DNA from: Promethearchaeota archaeon
GTDB lineage: Archaea > Asgardarchaeota > Lokiarchaeia > Sigyniarchaeales > SOKP01
Length of the DNA stretch: 32,646 bases
Reading direction: 5' to 3'
Assembly (NCBI GenBank): GCA_019058015.1
Contig: JAHLWH010000234.1
Coordinates: 1-32,646 of the forward strand
Below the pieces are notes generated by a model, which was not told where the DNA came from, did not search any database, and saw only the letters and a program-made list of their open reading frames with translations. The position numbers and the translations under genes are program-made. Positions within the stretch are counted from its first letter, which is position 1, and every line of letters begins with the position of its first letter. This document shows positions 1 to 9,507 of this stretch, piece after piece.

Positions 1-441
1 AAAGACTATAAATTCATTGAGACTGATGAGATTATTGAAGAGATGGCTGGTAAATCTATTCCAGAGATTTTTAAAGAAGATGGAGAAATTAGATTTAGAG
101 AATATGAAATTGCGGCTTGTAAGAAAGTTTCTCAATTAAAGAACGTTATTGTCTCTTGTGGGGGCGGTGTAGTTTTAAATAAAATAAATATTGATTATAT
201 TAAGCGTGATTTTCATATCGTTTTATTAACTGCAGCCCCTGAGGAAATATTGAAAAGAATAATGAAAGAGGGGGAAAAAAAAAGACCGCTTCTAGATAAA
301 CCAGATCCAATGGAGGAAATTAAGGTATTATTAAAATTTAGATCTTCTTTTTATGGCGCTCATGCAGTATTTACAGTTGATACAACCGGAAAGAGTATTG
401 ATGACATTGTTTCCGAAATAATTATTAAAATCAGTGTTTAA
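1..441 (+). CDS. aroK: Shikimate kinase (bacterial AroK type), 5'-truncated by the window edge
   Basis: Frame is open from base 1 (KDYKFIETDEIIEEMAGKSIPEIF...). Motifs GE..FREYE, SCGGGVV and RPLL are typical of AroK. The P-loop lies upstream of the window. Adjacent to aroD. Confidence 0.9.
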   Translation, partial: KDYKFIETDEIIEEMAGKSIPEIFKEDGEIRFREYEIAACKKVSQLKNVIVSCGGGVVLNKINIDYIKRDFHIVLLTAAPEEILKRIMKEGEKKRPLLDKPDPMEEIKVLLKFRSSFYGAHAVFTVDTTGKSIDDIVSEIIIKISV

Positions 442-472
442 TTAGTTCATTGAAAAGTAATCTTAACTTAGA

Positions 473-1210
473 TTAGGAGATGTATTTTAATATTTCTCTT
501 ATTGTGGTAATTGATATTTGTCCCGGAGCAGTTTGGTCTTTATAAGACCCATAAGTAAGATATGAGCCAGCTTTTAGACAAAAGATTCGGGACAGTATTC
601 CCAACTCACCCATACAAAAACTAATGATTTTTTGATTTTCTGTTCCCAATTCTTTACAAATTCTTAAAGGAATAATGTTATCTTCAAAGTTTTTCGCGTA
701 AAAAATCAATTTTATTAAGTAATTTGAAGGAGATTTTTCTAAATTAACAGTAAGTTTATCAAATTTTGCTTTAAATTTTGATAATAGTTCTATAACGGTC
801 TCATAATCAGGGGTTTTATTAAAGTTATGGTAAGAAAAGATAATTTTAACATTCTTATTAGAAGCTTTTTTAATTGCATTTTGCAGGAATTCATCATCAT
901 TATCCATTTCAATATCCACATAGGTTGGGCTTAGATTTATCACTTGATTGGTTATATCAAATCGTTTTTTATCTTCAATATCTAGCTTACCACCTTCACT
1001 AAATTTTCGAAAAGTTAAAATAACAGGAATTTTAACTCCAATAAGATTGAGTAATTCTTTTAAGAAGTTTAAAGTTAAGGATTCAATATTTTTAATATAA
1101 TCCAATCGAAATTCAATGATGTCAGGTCTTAATTTTAATAATTCTTCGGTTTTTTCTTTCAATTTATTAATTTCAGTTGTTTCTACTGGAATTGGAATAC
1201 AAATATTCAT
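473..1210 (-). CDS. aroD: Type I 3-dehydroquinate dehydratase
   Basis: Motifs ICIPI, DIIEFRLDY, ILTFRKFSEGG, YVDIE, SYHNFNKTP, MGELGILSR, TAPGQI. Confidence 0.93.
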   Translation of the reverse strand: MNICIPIPVETTEINKLKEKTEELLKLRPDIIEFRLDYIKNIESLTLNFLKELLNLIGVKIPVILTFRKFSEGGKLDIEDKKRFDITNQVINLSPTYVDIEMDNDDEFLQNAIKKASNKNVKIIFSYHNFNKTPDYETVIELLSKFKAKFDKLTVNLEKSPSNYLIKLIFYAKNFEDNIIPLRICKELGTENQKIISFCMGELGILSRIFCLKAGSYLTYGSYKDQTAPGQISITTIREILKYIS

Positions 1211-1286
1211 TTTCTATTTTTTAAACACTTATTTTAATATAATTTTAAATTTAATTTAAGAAAAAAAGAATAAAAGAGAATAAATT

Positions 1287-1928
1287 TTAATCTCGATAAC
1301 CAATTGCTTTTTTAATTTCTTCTTCAGACATTGCCAATGTATCCGTAGAATCAATTTTTTGAAGTAAATTCTTATTTTTATAATGCTCTATTATTGGTTC
1401 AGCATTTTTTTCATATACATCCAACCTGTTATTTACCGTCTCTTCAGTATCATCTGAACGATGCTTTAGTTCTGCACCACATTTATCACAAATCCCTTCC
1501 TTTTTTGGTGGTAAAGTATAGATATTATAAATCTCACTACACTTAGGGCATGAAACCCTTCCTGTTAGCCGTTTCATGATAATATCACGTGATACTTCTA
1601 ATAATAGAAAAGCATCAATATCAGTTATTTCATCAAGGGCTTCCGCTTGTTCTATAGTGCGGGGAAAACCATCAAGTAGAAACCCATTCTCTTTTGCATC
1701 ATTTTGACTCAGTCTATCTTTTATCATATCTATTACAACATCATCTGGAACAAGAGCACCATCATCCATGTATTTTTTTGCTTTCAACCCTAATTCGGTT
1801 TTATTCCTTAAATTCTCCCGAAAAATATCCCCTGTGCTTATATGAGGTATTTTAGGTAAAATTGTTTTAATTTGTCCAGCAAATGTGCCCTTACCACCTC
1901 CAGGGGGGCCAAATAAAACATATTTCAT
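1287..1928 (-). CDS. adk: Adenylate kinase (long form with Zn-binding LID)
   Basis: GPPGGGKGT P-loop, HISTGDIFR, LLDGFPRT, LID CPKC...CDKC, RSDD. Confidence 0.95.
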   Translation of the reverse strand: MKYVLFGPPGGGKGTFAGQIKTILPKIPHISTGDIFRENLRNKTELGLKAKKYMDDGALVPDDVVIDMIKDRLSQNDAKENGFLLDGFPRTIEQAEALDEITDIDAFLLLEVSRDIIMKRLTGRVSCPKCSEIYNIYTLPPKKEGICDKCGAELKHRSDDTEETVNNRLDVYEKNAEPIIEHYKNKNLLQKIDSTDTLAMSEEEIKKAIGYRD

Positions 1929-2068
1929 GTTAAAATTTACACCAATATCTAATATAGTTTGAATTATTAATATTTAATAATTAATATATCGTTTTTTTCT
2001 AATTATTATTTACAATAATAATAAATATTGAATATACTTTATTGCTATAAATTAAAATTAAAGAGGAA

Positions 2069-2653
2069 GTGGTTTTTTTGAGTATTGAATTAACTGAGCC
2101 AAGAATAAAAGGGAATAAAAGTTTGGAAGAGTGTATATTTGAGAGGGTAAGTGTTAGGAGTTTTAAGGATAAGGAAATTGAAATCGAAAAAATATCCCAA
2201 ATTTTATGGGCAGGTCAAGGTAAAAAAGGGTATAAAAGGACCGTTCCATCAGCAGGTGCCACTTATCCTTTAGAGTTATATATTACAATTAAAGGTAAGG
2301 GTTTTTTTCATTATAATTCTAATATAAATCTATTAGAATTAAAAAACGAAGGTGATTTTGGAAAAGATTTAGCTAATGCATCTTTAAATCAAATGTTTAT
2401 CTATGAAGCACCAATGAATATTATAATTTGTGCTGATTTCAATAGAACATGCGATCATTATGGTAAAAGAGGTGTGAGATACGTTTATATGGAAATTGGT
2501 CACTGTGCACAAAATATTGAATTAGAAGCGGTTGCATTGGGGTTAGCTTCCGTTCCTATTGGTGCATTTCATGACGATGAGGTAAAGAAAGTATTAGATA
2601 TACCTAAAAATCTTGAACCGTTATATATTATTCCTATTGGATATCAAAAATAA
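2069..2653 (+). CDS. SagB/ThcOx-family nitroreductase-fold flavoprotein
   Basis: R.SVRSF, RTVPSAGATYPLELY, E.GH.AQN..L.A.ALGL.SVPIGAF. True start may be TTG at 2078. Confidence 0.88.
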   Translation: MVFLSIELTEPRIKGNKSLEECIFERVSVRSFKDKEIEIEKISQILWAGQGKKGYKRTVPSAGATYPLELYITIKGKGFFHYNSNINLLELKNEGDFGKDLANASLNQMFIYEAPMNIIICADFNRTCDHYGKRGVRYVYMEIGHCAQNIELEAVALGLASVPIGAFHDDEVKKVLDIPKNLEPLYIIPIGYQK

Positions 2654-2657
2654 AAAC

Positions 2658-3020
2658 CTATTTCTTTAAAACCTCATTAATTTTATCAGCTAATTTTTCA
2701 AAATCGAAAGGTTTTTCAATAAAATCAACTGCTCCAATTGAAAGTGCTTCTTCTCTAACCGTTTTATCTGCACTAGCAAAAATAATTTTTGGGTTTTTTC
2801 CAAGACTAATAATTTCTTTTGTAGCATCAATTCCACTTTTAATCGGCATCCGATGATCCATTAAAATAATATCTGGTTTTTCTGAAAATGATTTAAATTT
2901 CTCAACAGATTCCTGCCCATTCTTTGCAATCCCAATAACTTGAAATCCCCAAAAACTCAATAATTTTTGATATAGATCTCGGATTGCTCGATCATCCTCA
3001 ACGATAAAAATGTTTGTTAT
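2658..3020 (-). CDS. Single-domain response regulator (CheY-like receiver)
   Basis: The frame extends 60 nt upstream of the tracked TTG to give ITNIFIVEDDRAIRDLYQKLL (acidic pocket VEDD), then DIILMDHRMP, FASA and KPF. No ATG/GTG/TTG occurs before the in-frame TAA at 3039-3041, so ATA at 3020 is the probable start. Confidence 0.88.
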   Translation of the reverse strand: MTNIFIVEDDRAIRDLYQKLLSFWGFQVIGIAKNGQESVEKFKSFSEKPDIILMDHRMPIKSGIDATKEIISLGKNPKIIFASADKTVREEALSIGAVDFIEKPFDFEKLADKINEVLKK

Positions 3021-3024
3021 TTTC

Positions 3025-5819
3025 CTAAACCTCTGGAATTATTATAATAAAATTACTTCCTTTTGAATAGTCTCCTTGAATTTTATCTTCCACCCAAATT
3101 TCTCCATTATATAGTGATATAATTTTCTTTACTAATGATAACCCCAACCCCATACCACTTGTGCTCTTATCTGCTCTATAAGCCCTTTCAAAAATTATCT
3201 CTTTTTGATCATCAGAAATTCCGTTACCATTATCAATAAATTCCATTTTAAGAAATTTACTACCCTCTTTTTTAATTTTTGAAAATTTAATGAGAATTTC
3301 AACAATGGGGCGTTCATTATATTTTACAGCATTAATTAATATGTTTTCAAATACATCTATTAAGAGATCATTTGCTTTAACAAACAATTTTTTTTTTCAG
3401 TCTCAATCTCTGCATTAATTTTTCTCTTCTGGAAATTTTTCTTCAAAATCTCTACTGATTCTTTTAAAACCTCACAAACTTTTATACGTTGTGTAAGAAT
3501 TTGAGTCTTATCCAAATCAGATAGTTTTTGTACATTTGAGATCAAGGTTGCACCCCTTTTAACTTGCTCTTTTGTAGTATTAAACATACTTCTTACTTCA
3601 GGTAATATAGTTTCCTCACCTAAATAATGTGTAGCAATTTCTATTGAAGATAAGATATTCTGAAGAATATTATTCATATCGTGAGCAAAAAGATCCTTAT
3701 AAAAATTAACACGATTATAAGCTTCGCGATAATTTTCTTGCGATTCTTTTAGTTTTTGTTCTGCTTTTTTCCTCTCTGTGATATCCTGTATTATAAATTG
3801 TATCAAGGATTGATCCTCTATCTTTATTAAAGAACCATGGAGATTTGTCCATATTATACCTCCAATTGATCTACTTAATGGAAACTCAAATGATTCTGTA
3901 GCTTCACCTCTAAGCGCTTGTTTGAACTGCTTTTCGAATAATGGTATAAGAGGTTTATTTCTCTCATTTAATGAGAAAATTTCTCTGAAATTTCTTCCGA
4001 TTAAATAATCTTTCGTATGCGTAGAAAGAAAATGATTTGTAGCAGTATTACAATCTATAAGATTTCCTTGTAAATCCAAAAGACCTATGGAATATGGAGA
4101 ACTTTCGAATAAATGTCGATATTTTTCTTCGGATTCCCTTAATTTTTGTTCCCAATTTTTTCTTTCTGTGATATCACGGGTTAGACTGTAAAAACCTATT
4201 TTTTTTCCATTAGAATCTAATTTCATATTACAAATTCCTTCATATATTCGTTTCACTCCATCATATCTAGTAGTCTCAACCTCAAATGTTGCACTAGGAA
4301 CCTCTTCTCTATAAACTTGATTGAAGATCTTGAATAACATTTTTTTATATTTCTGATCCACAAAATCTGCATAATATTTTCCTATCATTTCATCTTTTGG
4401 AACGCCATAGTAATTACTATGATATTTATTTACAAAAGTATAATTACCTTTCAGATCAAGTTCAAAATATCCTTCTTCAATATTTTCAAGTATATTTCGA
4501 TATTTTTCTTCCGATTCTTTAATCTTCCGTTCCGCTAACACACGCTCAGTAATATCACGGCTGATTCCGAACAAGACATCTTGATCATCCCAACGACCTT
4601 TAGTAAAAATCGTTTCAACGGGAATTATTTTCTCTTCCTTGGTAATAAATGGAATATTACAAGAATTAATTTTACCCTCAACTAAGTCTCTGAAAATTCT
4701 AAGCGCACGATCGTGTTGGGCAGGGGAATAAATTTTTAATATATTCATTTTTAACATTTCCTCTTCTGAATAATTTAAGGTTTTTAAAACGGAAGGATTA
4801 ACACTGAGAAAGCGTCCATCGAAATTCAGAACAAATATTAATTCTTGCATAGATTCGAATAACGTTTGTAAATTTGCCTGACTTTCTTGAAGAGCTTCTT
4901 CGGTTTGAATTTTTTCAATAATTGTACCGGTCTCTTGTGCTATAGTTTGAAATATTTTTTTTTCTTCGTTTGAGAAGAAATGACGATTTTTAGAGGCAAT
5001 ATTTATTGCTCCAAAGACTTTATTTTTTACAAAAAAGGGGATACTGGCAAAGGATAATATTCCCCACTTTTTTGAACGCCTAGGATGAATTTTGGAATAA
5101 TCATCTGTAATAAGTGGCTGCCCTTCGTTAAAAACAATATTATAAGCACCTTCGTCGATTTTAACTCGCTTAACATCTTTAATAAAATCGGAAGGAAGCC
5201 CTTTAAAACAAGCTAATTCAGCAATCCTTGTGCTTTCATCCACTAAATAAATACCACCCCCTTCAAAATTCATCAATTCAAGGGTTGAATTTAATACATT
5301 TTCTAATAACAATGATAAGTCCTTAATTTTATTTACCGCTATTATAATTCGGTTTAAAACTTCCATTTTTCTTGCGTATTCTTTTATATTTTCTTCTGCC
5401 TTCTTGCGTTCGGTTATATCTAGAAGTGATGCTACACTTTTTTTGGTTCTAGGAATCATATCGATAGTTATCAATATATTCCGAATATCACCTCTTTTAT
5501 TGATGAAATGAAACTCGTAACTTTTTGGAGCAATGTCAGAGGTTTTTCTGCGTGAGTAATGATACTTTTTCATCATCTCTAAATCTTCTTTGATAACAAA
5601 TTCAGTCCATTTTTTTTTCCATTCAATCTCTTCTTTTGAGTAACCAGAGAGTTCTTCAAACTTTTCGTTTGCAAGTGAAATGGTGGTGTCCTTCTCGATT
5701 ATAACAGTTGCAGTTCCTGTATTTTCAAAAATAGTTCGGTATTTTTCTTCAGATTCCTTTAAATTTAGTTCCTTCTCTATTCGCTTTCTTGACTCCAATT
5801 TTTTATCCTTTTTATTCAA
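3025..5819 (-). CDS. PAS-GAF-PAS-PAS-PAS sensor histidine kinase, split by a frameshift at an A10 tract
   Basis: Four PAS/PAC repeats ending DITER, one GAF, and H-box FAHDMNNILQ in 3360..5819. HATPase boxes (ENILINAVKY, DNGNGI, GMGLGL) are in a different frame at 3025..3387. One extra A in the T10 run at 3388-3397 would join them (ETEKKKLFVKANDLL). Confidence 0.88.
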
Positions 5820-6059
5820 TTTTAATCATCATTTTTTTATTTTAATATAACACACATATAAAGTTAAAATTATTAAATTAAAATTTAAGTAGGAAAATAA
5901 TTGAATTAGAAAATATTGATTCTTGATCTTTATATTTAATACAAATATTTCATATAAAGTTTAAAATTATTTTATATACGAAATTCGATTCTATTTAAAA
6001 ATTATATAAAAATTAATATAGGATATAAATTAAGAAGAAAAAAATGTAGATATTTAAAT

Positions 6060-6851
6060 TTACATAAATAATTGCGAATATCTATCCTTTGATCCAGGTT
6101 CTTTTTGCGGTAAATGCATTTGTTGAGCTTTTTGGGCTAATTCCATCATCTTATTTTTTATCTCTTTACCACGGTCTAATAAATCTGAGACATCAACTCC
6201 CAATTGATAAATAGTATTGAGAGCCTTTATTATTTCCGCGCCCCCTTCTGGTGTTGGAATCTGCTGGTATGCATCAGTGAATAAAATATATGCATCAATG
6301 GGATTATTCAAGCATTCATTTAAAATTGAGGCTTCAGGTCCTACCACTAAACCTTTAGGTATAATCTCAAAACCGAGTTTTTCAAGTTTTTCCTTTATCT
6401 CTTTCTCAGCAGCAAAAAAAACCTTAAACTCTTCGACCATATGCAATGTGGGAATGCCTTGTAGTATCACCATTTCATTAGCTTTTATATCTTGAGACAG
6501 AGCCCAGTTGCAAATTGTCCTGGCAAGGTCAGAATAGTCTTTTGGACTAGAAAATGGGAGCTCACAAACACCAACAATTAAATTCTTATCTTCAGAATAA
6601 TATAATCTAAAAGGGCGCCTTAATATCCCATCTGTAAACACTGCAATAGGCGGAAATGAATCGCTTGCAACAAACCCGATTTGTTTAATATCTTCAATTT
6701 TTTCAACCAACTCGTTAGTTACTATAGGTCCAATTAATCCAATACCTGCAAATCCCAAAATAATTGTAGAGTTTGGCTGAATTTCTTTAGGATCAACCTC
6801 TAATACAACCCTGCTTTTTTTACCTCGCTCGCAAATATATTCCTTTGTCAT
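6060..6851 (-). CDS. Proteasome assembly chaperone (PAC2 family)
   Basis: ILGFAGIGLIGPI, FPPIAVF.DG...PFRLY, G.VVGP.A.ILNEC, PTPEGGA.II..LN, L...GKEIK..M..LA. Confidence 0.85.
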   Translation of the reverse strand: MTKEYICERGKKSRVVLEVDPKEIQPNSTIILGFAGIGLIGPIVTNELVEKIEDIKQIGFVASDSFPPIAVFTDGILRRPFRLYYSEDKNLIVGVCELPFSSPKDYSDLARTICNWALSQDIKANEMVILQGIPTLHMVEEFKVFFAAEKEIKEKLEKLGFEIIPKGLVVGPEASILNECLNNPIDAYILFTDAYQQIPTPEGGAEIIKALNTIYQLGVDVSDLLDRGKEIKNKMMELAQKAQQMHLPQKEPGSKDRYSQLFM

Positions 6852-7047
6852 AATATTCTCACAAAAATTTGATTTTCTAAAGAAGTAATTGTAATGAATA
6901 TAATTAATTCTTTCTAATATTTACCAAAGATGATATATAATAAGAAATTTTTATATACTTCTTAGATGTTAAAGAAAAGGTAAATTTATTTTATTTATAA
7001 AAAAGTAATTAATATCATTAAAGTAAATAGTTGTGCTGAAAAAATAA

Positions 7048-7635
7048 ATGAATATTCCAGATATATCAAATTTAATTTATTTTATTCATTTTGGCACCCA
7101 AGAAAATATATATTTTTCTTGGAAATCAAAATATAGACCAAAAGCTTTCATTTTTGATTACGCAATTGCAAAAGATGCAATTAAATCCAATATATATTTC
7201 CATTTAAATAAGGGAGATGTTAAGATCGTATATCAAAAAAAGAATAACTTTATTTATATAATTGGGGGACATATCTCTGTTCAGTTTCAAATTCTTGAGG
7301 CATTATTGGATTATCTTTCAAAAAGATTTATGGAAATTTATGGAGATATGCTATTTGAAATTTTTGATATTGGGACTGATGATTTCTTTAAAGACTTTAT
7401 TTCAAAAATAGAAGATGCGATTAAGCAAATTCCTAATCAAGTCGGGAACGTAATTAACGCGTATTGTAGAATTTGTGGCAAATATGTAAACGTTTATGTG
7501 AAAAAAAGTATGATTGAAGATGCAGAGGATTACCCAGTCGCTTTAGTGTATATGCATCACGGCCACTCTCTTTTATTATATATAGATGCTGATTTCAAAG
7601 TAAGGGGTGCCGAAATCGTTTCAATTACCGGTTAA
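7048..7635 (+). CDS. Hypothetical Asgard-type protein: possible longin/roadblock-like N-domain plus a C-terminal CxxC...HxxH metal-binding domain
   Basis: N-part ends in the helix FQILEALLDYLSKRFMEIY. C-part reads CRICGK...YPVALVYMHHGHSLLLYIDADFKVRGAE. The fold call is inference. Confidence 0.55.
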   Translation: MNIPDISNLIYFIHFGTQENIYFSWKSKYRPKAFIFDYAIAKDAIKSNIYFHLNKGDVKIVYQKKNNFIYIIGGHISVQFQILEALLDYLSKRFMEIYGDMLFEIFDIGTDDFFKDFISKIEDAIKQIPNQVGNVINAYCRICGKYVNVYVKKSMIEDAEDYPVALVYMHHGHSLLLYIDADFKVRGAEIVSITG

Positions 7636-7658
7636 AGATTCTACCTCAGCCTTTTCCT

Positions 7659-7895
7659 CTAATTATTATCAATTATTATTTCTTTTAGAAAAAATTGAAC
7701 ACCTACTGTTAGCTTAGTATCAGGGATAAATTTTCCTTCCACATATCGGTGTCGGAGTGAGGTTTTATCAACACCTCCTTCGCCAGCTACAATAATCTTT
7801 AAAAAAGATGTGCTCTCTTCCAACTTCTGAGTATCTTTTGGTTTTGTTTTCTTCTTAACTTTACCACTTTTTATGATATCAGTAGGCTTCTTTAT
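7659..7895 (-). pseudogene. Truncated Rab-like small GTPase remnant
   Basis: Manual translation gives ...SFLKIIVAGEGGVDKTSLRHRYVEGKFIPDTKLTVGVQFFLKEIIIDNN*. G1 has GKT>DKT, G2 is TVGVQF, and the frame stops before G3. Possible starts are ATA 7895 or TTG 7823. Not in the ORF track. Confidence 0.8.
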
Positions 7896-7968
7896 TCACT
7901 TTTAAAATAACTTCATAAAAATCTGAATTTCATATTCTATTAGTTTTTGAAAAATTTATTACTTTTTT

Positions 7969-8367
7969 CTAGAAATTCCACCATCCATAAATTATGGAAA
8001 TAATACCCCCAATTAAAACAACGAGATTCAATACGAGATCGCCTTTATTTGAACTAAATCTACCTTGTTGTTTGTTATAAGTTAGATCTATTAAACCTAA
8101 AAACACTAAAGCGCCTCCAGAAATTAAACTGAAAATTACTCCAAAACTTTCTCCTAAGAAATTTCCGATTGCAGCCAAGATCAGGGTCGGAACAACCCAG
8201 CCAAGGTCAGGTACTGGAAAGCTTCTTTCATGGCTTAAATAGGCTTCTGAATTTTCCGGATTTTTATTTTGTACTTTGAAAAAATCAATCCAAAACCAAA
8301 TAATCGCTGCGCTTCCTAAGATTTGCAAAATTGCCATTAAAATATTAAAAATTTTTATCAACTCCAA
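7969..8367 (-). CDS. Small hypothetical membrane protein (about 4 TM)
   Basis: Four hydrophobic stretches with the loop YLSHERSFPVPD; TTG start. Confidence 0.65.
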   Translation of the reverse strand: MELIKIFNILMAILQILGSAAIIWFWIDFFKVQNKNPENSEAYLSHERSFPVPDLGWVVPTLILAAIGNFLGESFGVIFSLISGGALVFLGLIDLTYNKQQGRFSSNKGDLVLNLVVLIGGIISIIYGWWNF

Positions 8368-8450
8368 TTGATTTAAAATTATTTAATATAATTATATGCA
8401 TTTAATTAAATTAAGAGTTTTTCAAACTTTATATACTAAAATTTTTAAAG

Positions 8451-9257
8451 GTGATAAAAATATTTGATAAATTTTTAGAAGGAAAGGGTGCCGTTATAAC
8501 TGGTGCTGCTTCTGGATTTGGAAGAGATATTGCCTTAAAATACGCAGAATTAGGTGCAAACCTGGTTTTAAATGACATAAATGAGGAAGGACTTGATGAA
8601 ACCGCAAAAATGGTTAAATCTAAATTTGGCTCCCAAGTGCTCTCTATTATAGCTGATGTGTCAATTGGGGATGAAGTAAATCAAATGAGGAAAAAAGCCT
8701 TTTCTACTTTTGATAATATATTTGTGCTAGTAAACAATGCAGGAGGAGGTGTCTCGTCTTTTAAAAATATTCTTGCCAGAACAGAAGAAGATTGGCATAA
8801 AATTTTAGATATTAATTTAAAAAGTCAATGGTTGATGGCTAAAGCGTTCTGTAGAAAAATGAAACCACAAAAATTTGAACCAATATCTGGGAAGGTAATT
8901 AATATGGCTTCAATAGCTGGTGTGCGGCCAGAAGCACAAACACCCGTGTATAGCATAGCTAAGGCTGGAATTATTGCGTTAACAAAAATATTGGCAGAAC
9001 AACTCGCACCAAAAATGACGGTTAATAGTATAGCTCCTGGATACCATATAACTGGACTCTATAATAATTCAGAACAAGTATTAAAAGACGCAATGGAGGT
9101 TCAGGGTATAAAAACCCCCTTAAATAGATTGGGAACAGTTGAAGATGTGTCAAAAGTTGCTGTATTTTTAGCCTCACCACTCTCTGATTTCATTACAGCT
9201 GAAAATATCGTTGTAGATGGCGGTGTAATTACAGTAGGTGTGGCTGCACATTTATAA
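8451..9257 (+). CDS. Short-chain dehydrogenase/reductase (FabG-like SDR)
   Basis: TGAASGFG, LVNNAG, NMASIAG, YSIAK, VNSIAPG, VDGG. Confidence 0.93.
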   Translation: MIKIFDKFLEGKGAVITGAASGFGRDIALKYAELGANLVLNDINEEGLDETAKMVKSKFGSQVLSIIADVSIGDEVNQMRKKAFSTFDNIFVLVNNAGGGVSSFKNILARTEEDWHKILDINLKSQWLMAKAFCRKMKPQKFEPISGKVINMASIAGVRPEAQTPVYSIAKAGIIALTKILAEQLAPKMTVNSIAPGYHITGLYNNSEQVLKDAMEVQGIKTPLNRLGTVEDVSKVAVFLASPLSDFITAENIVVDGGVITVGVAAHL

Positions 9258-9507
9258 ACTAATTATAACCTAAAAATATTAATTTTTCATTTTTTCTTTT
9301 TATATAAAGGCGGAAATGAAAATCTTTTTTATCAGACGCTGGTTCTGGAAACAAGATTCTACTTTACAGTCATTAAATATTAATATATTATTGAAAATAA
9401 ACAAAGGTTTAATCTGAAAAAAAATTATCTTACATTTATTAGCTTATTCTAATAAAATATAAAAACAAATTTAAAATTAAACCTATAACTATGATTTATG
9501 AGGAAAT

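Noticed and set aside
2069-2653. RiPP (azole peptide) cluster implied by the SagB-like gene, with the CPBP protease as partner
   Set aside because: No YcaO or precursor peptide in the window; the two genes are 20 kb apart and both families are commonly stand-alone
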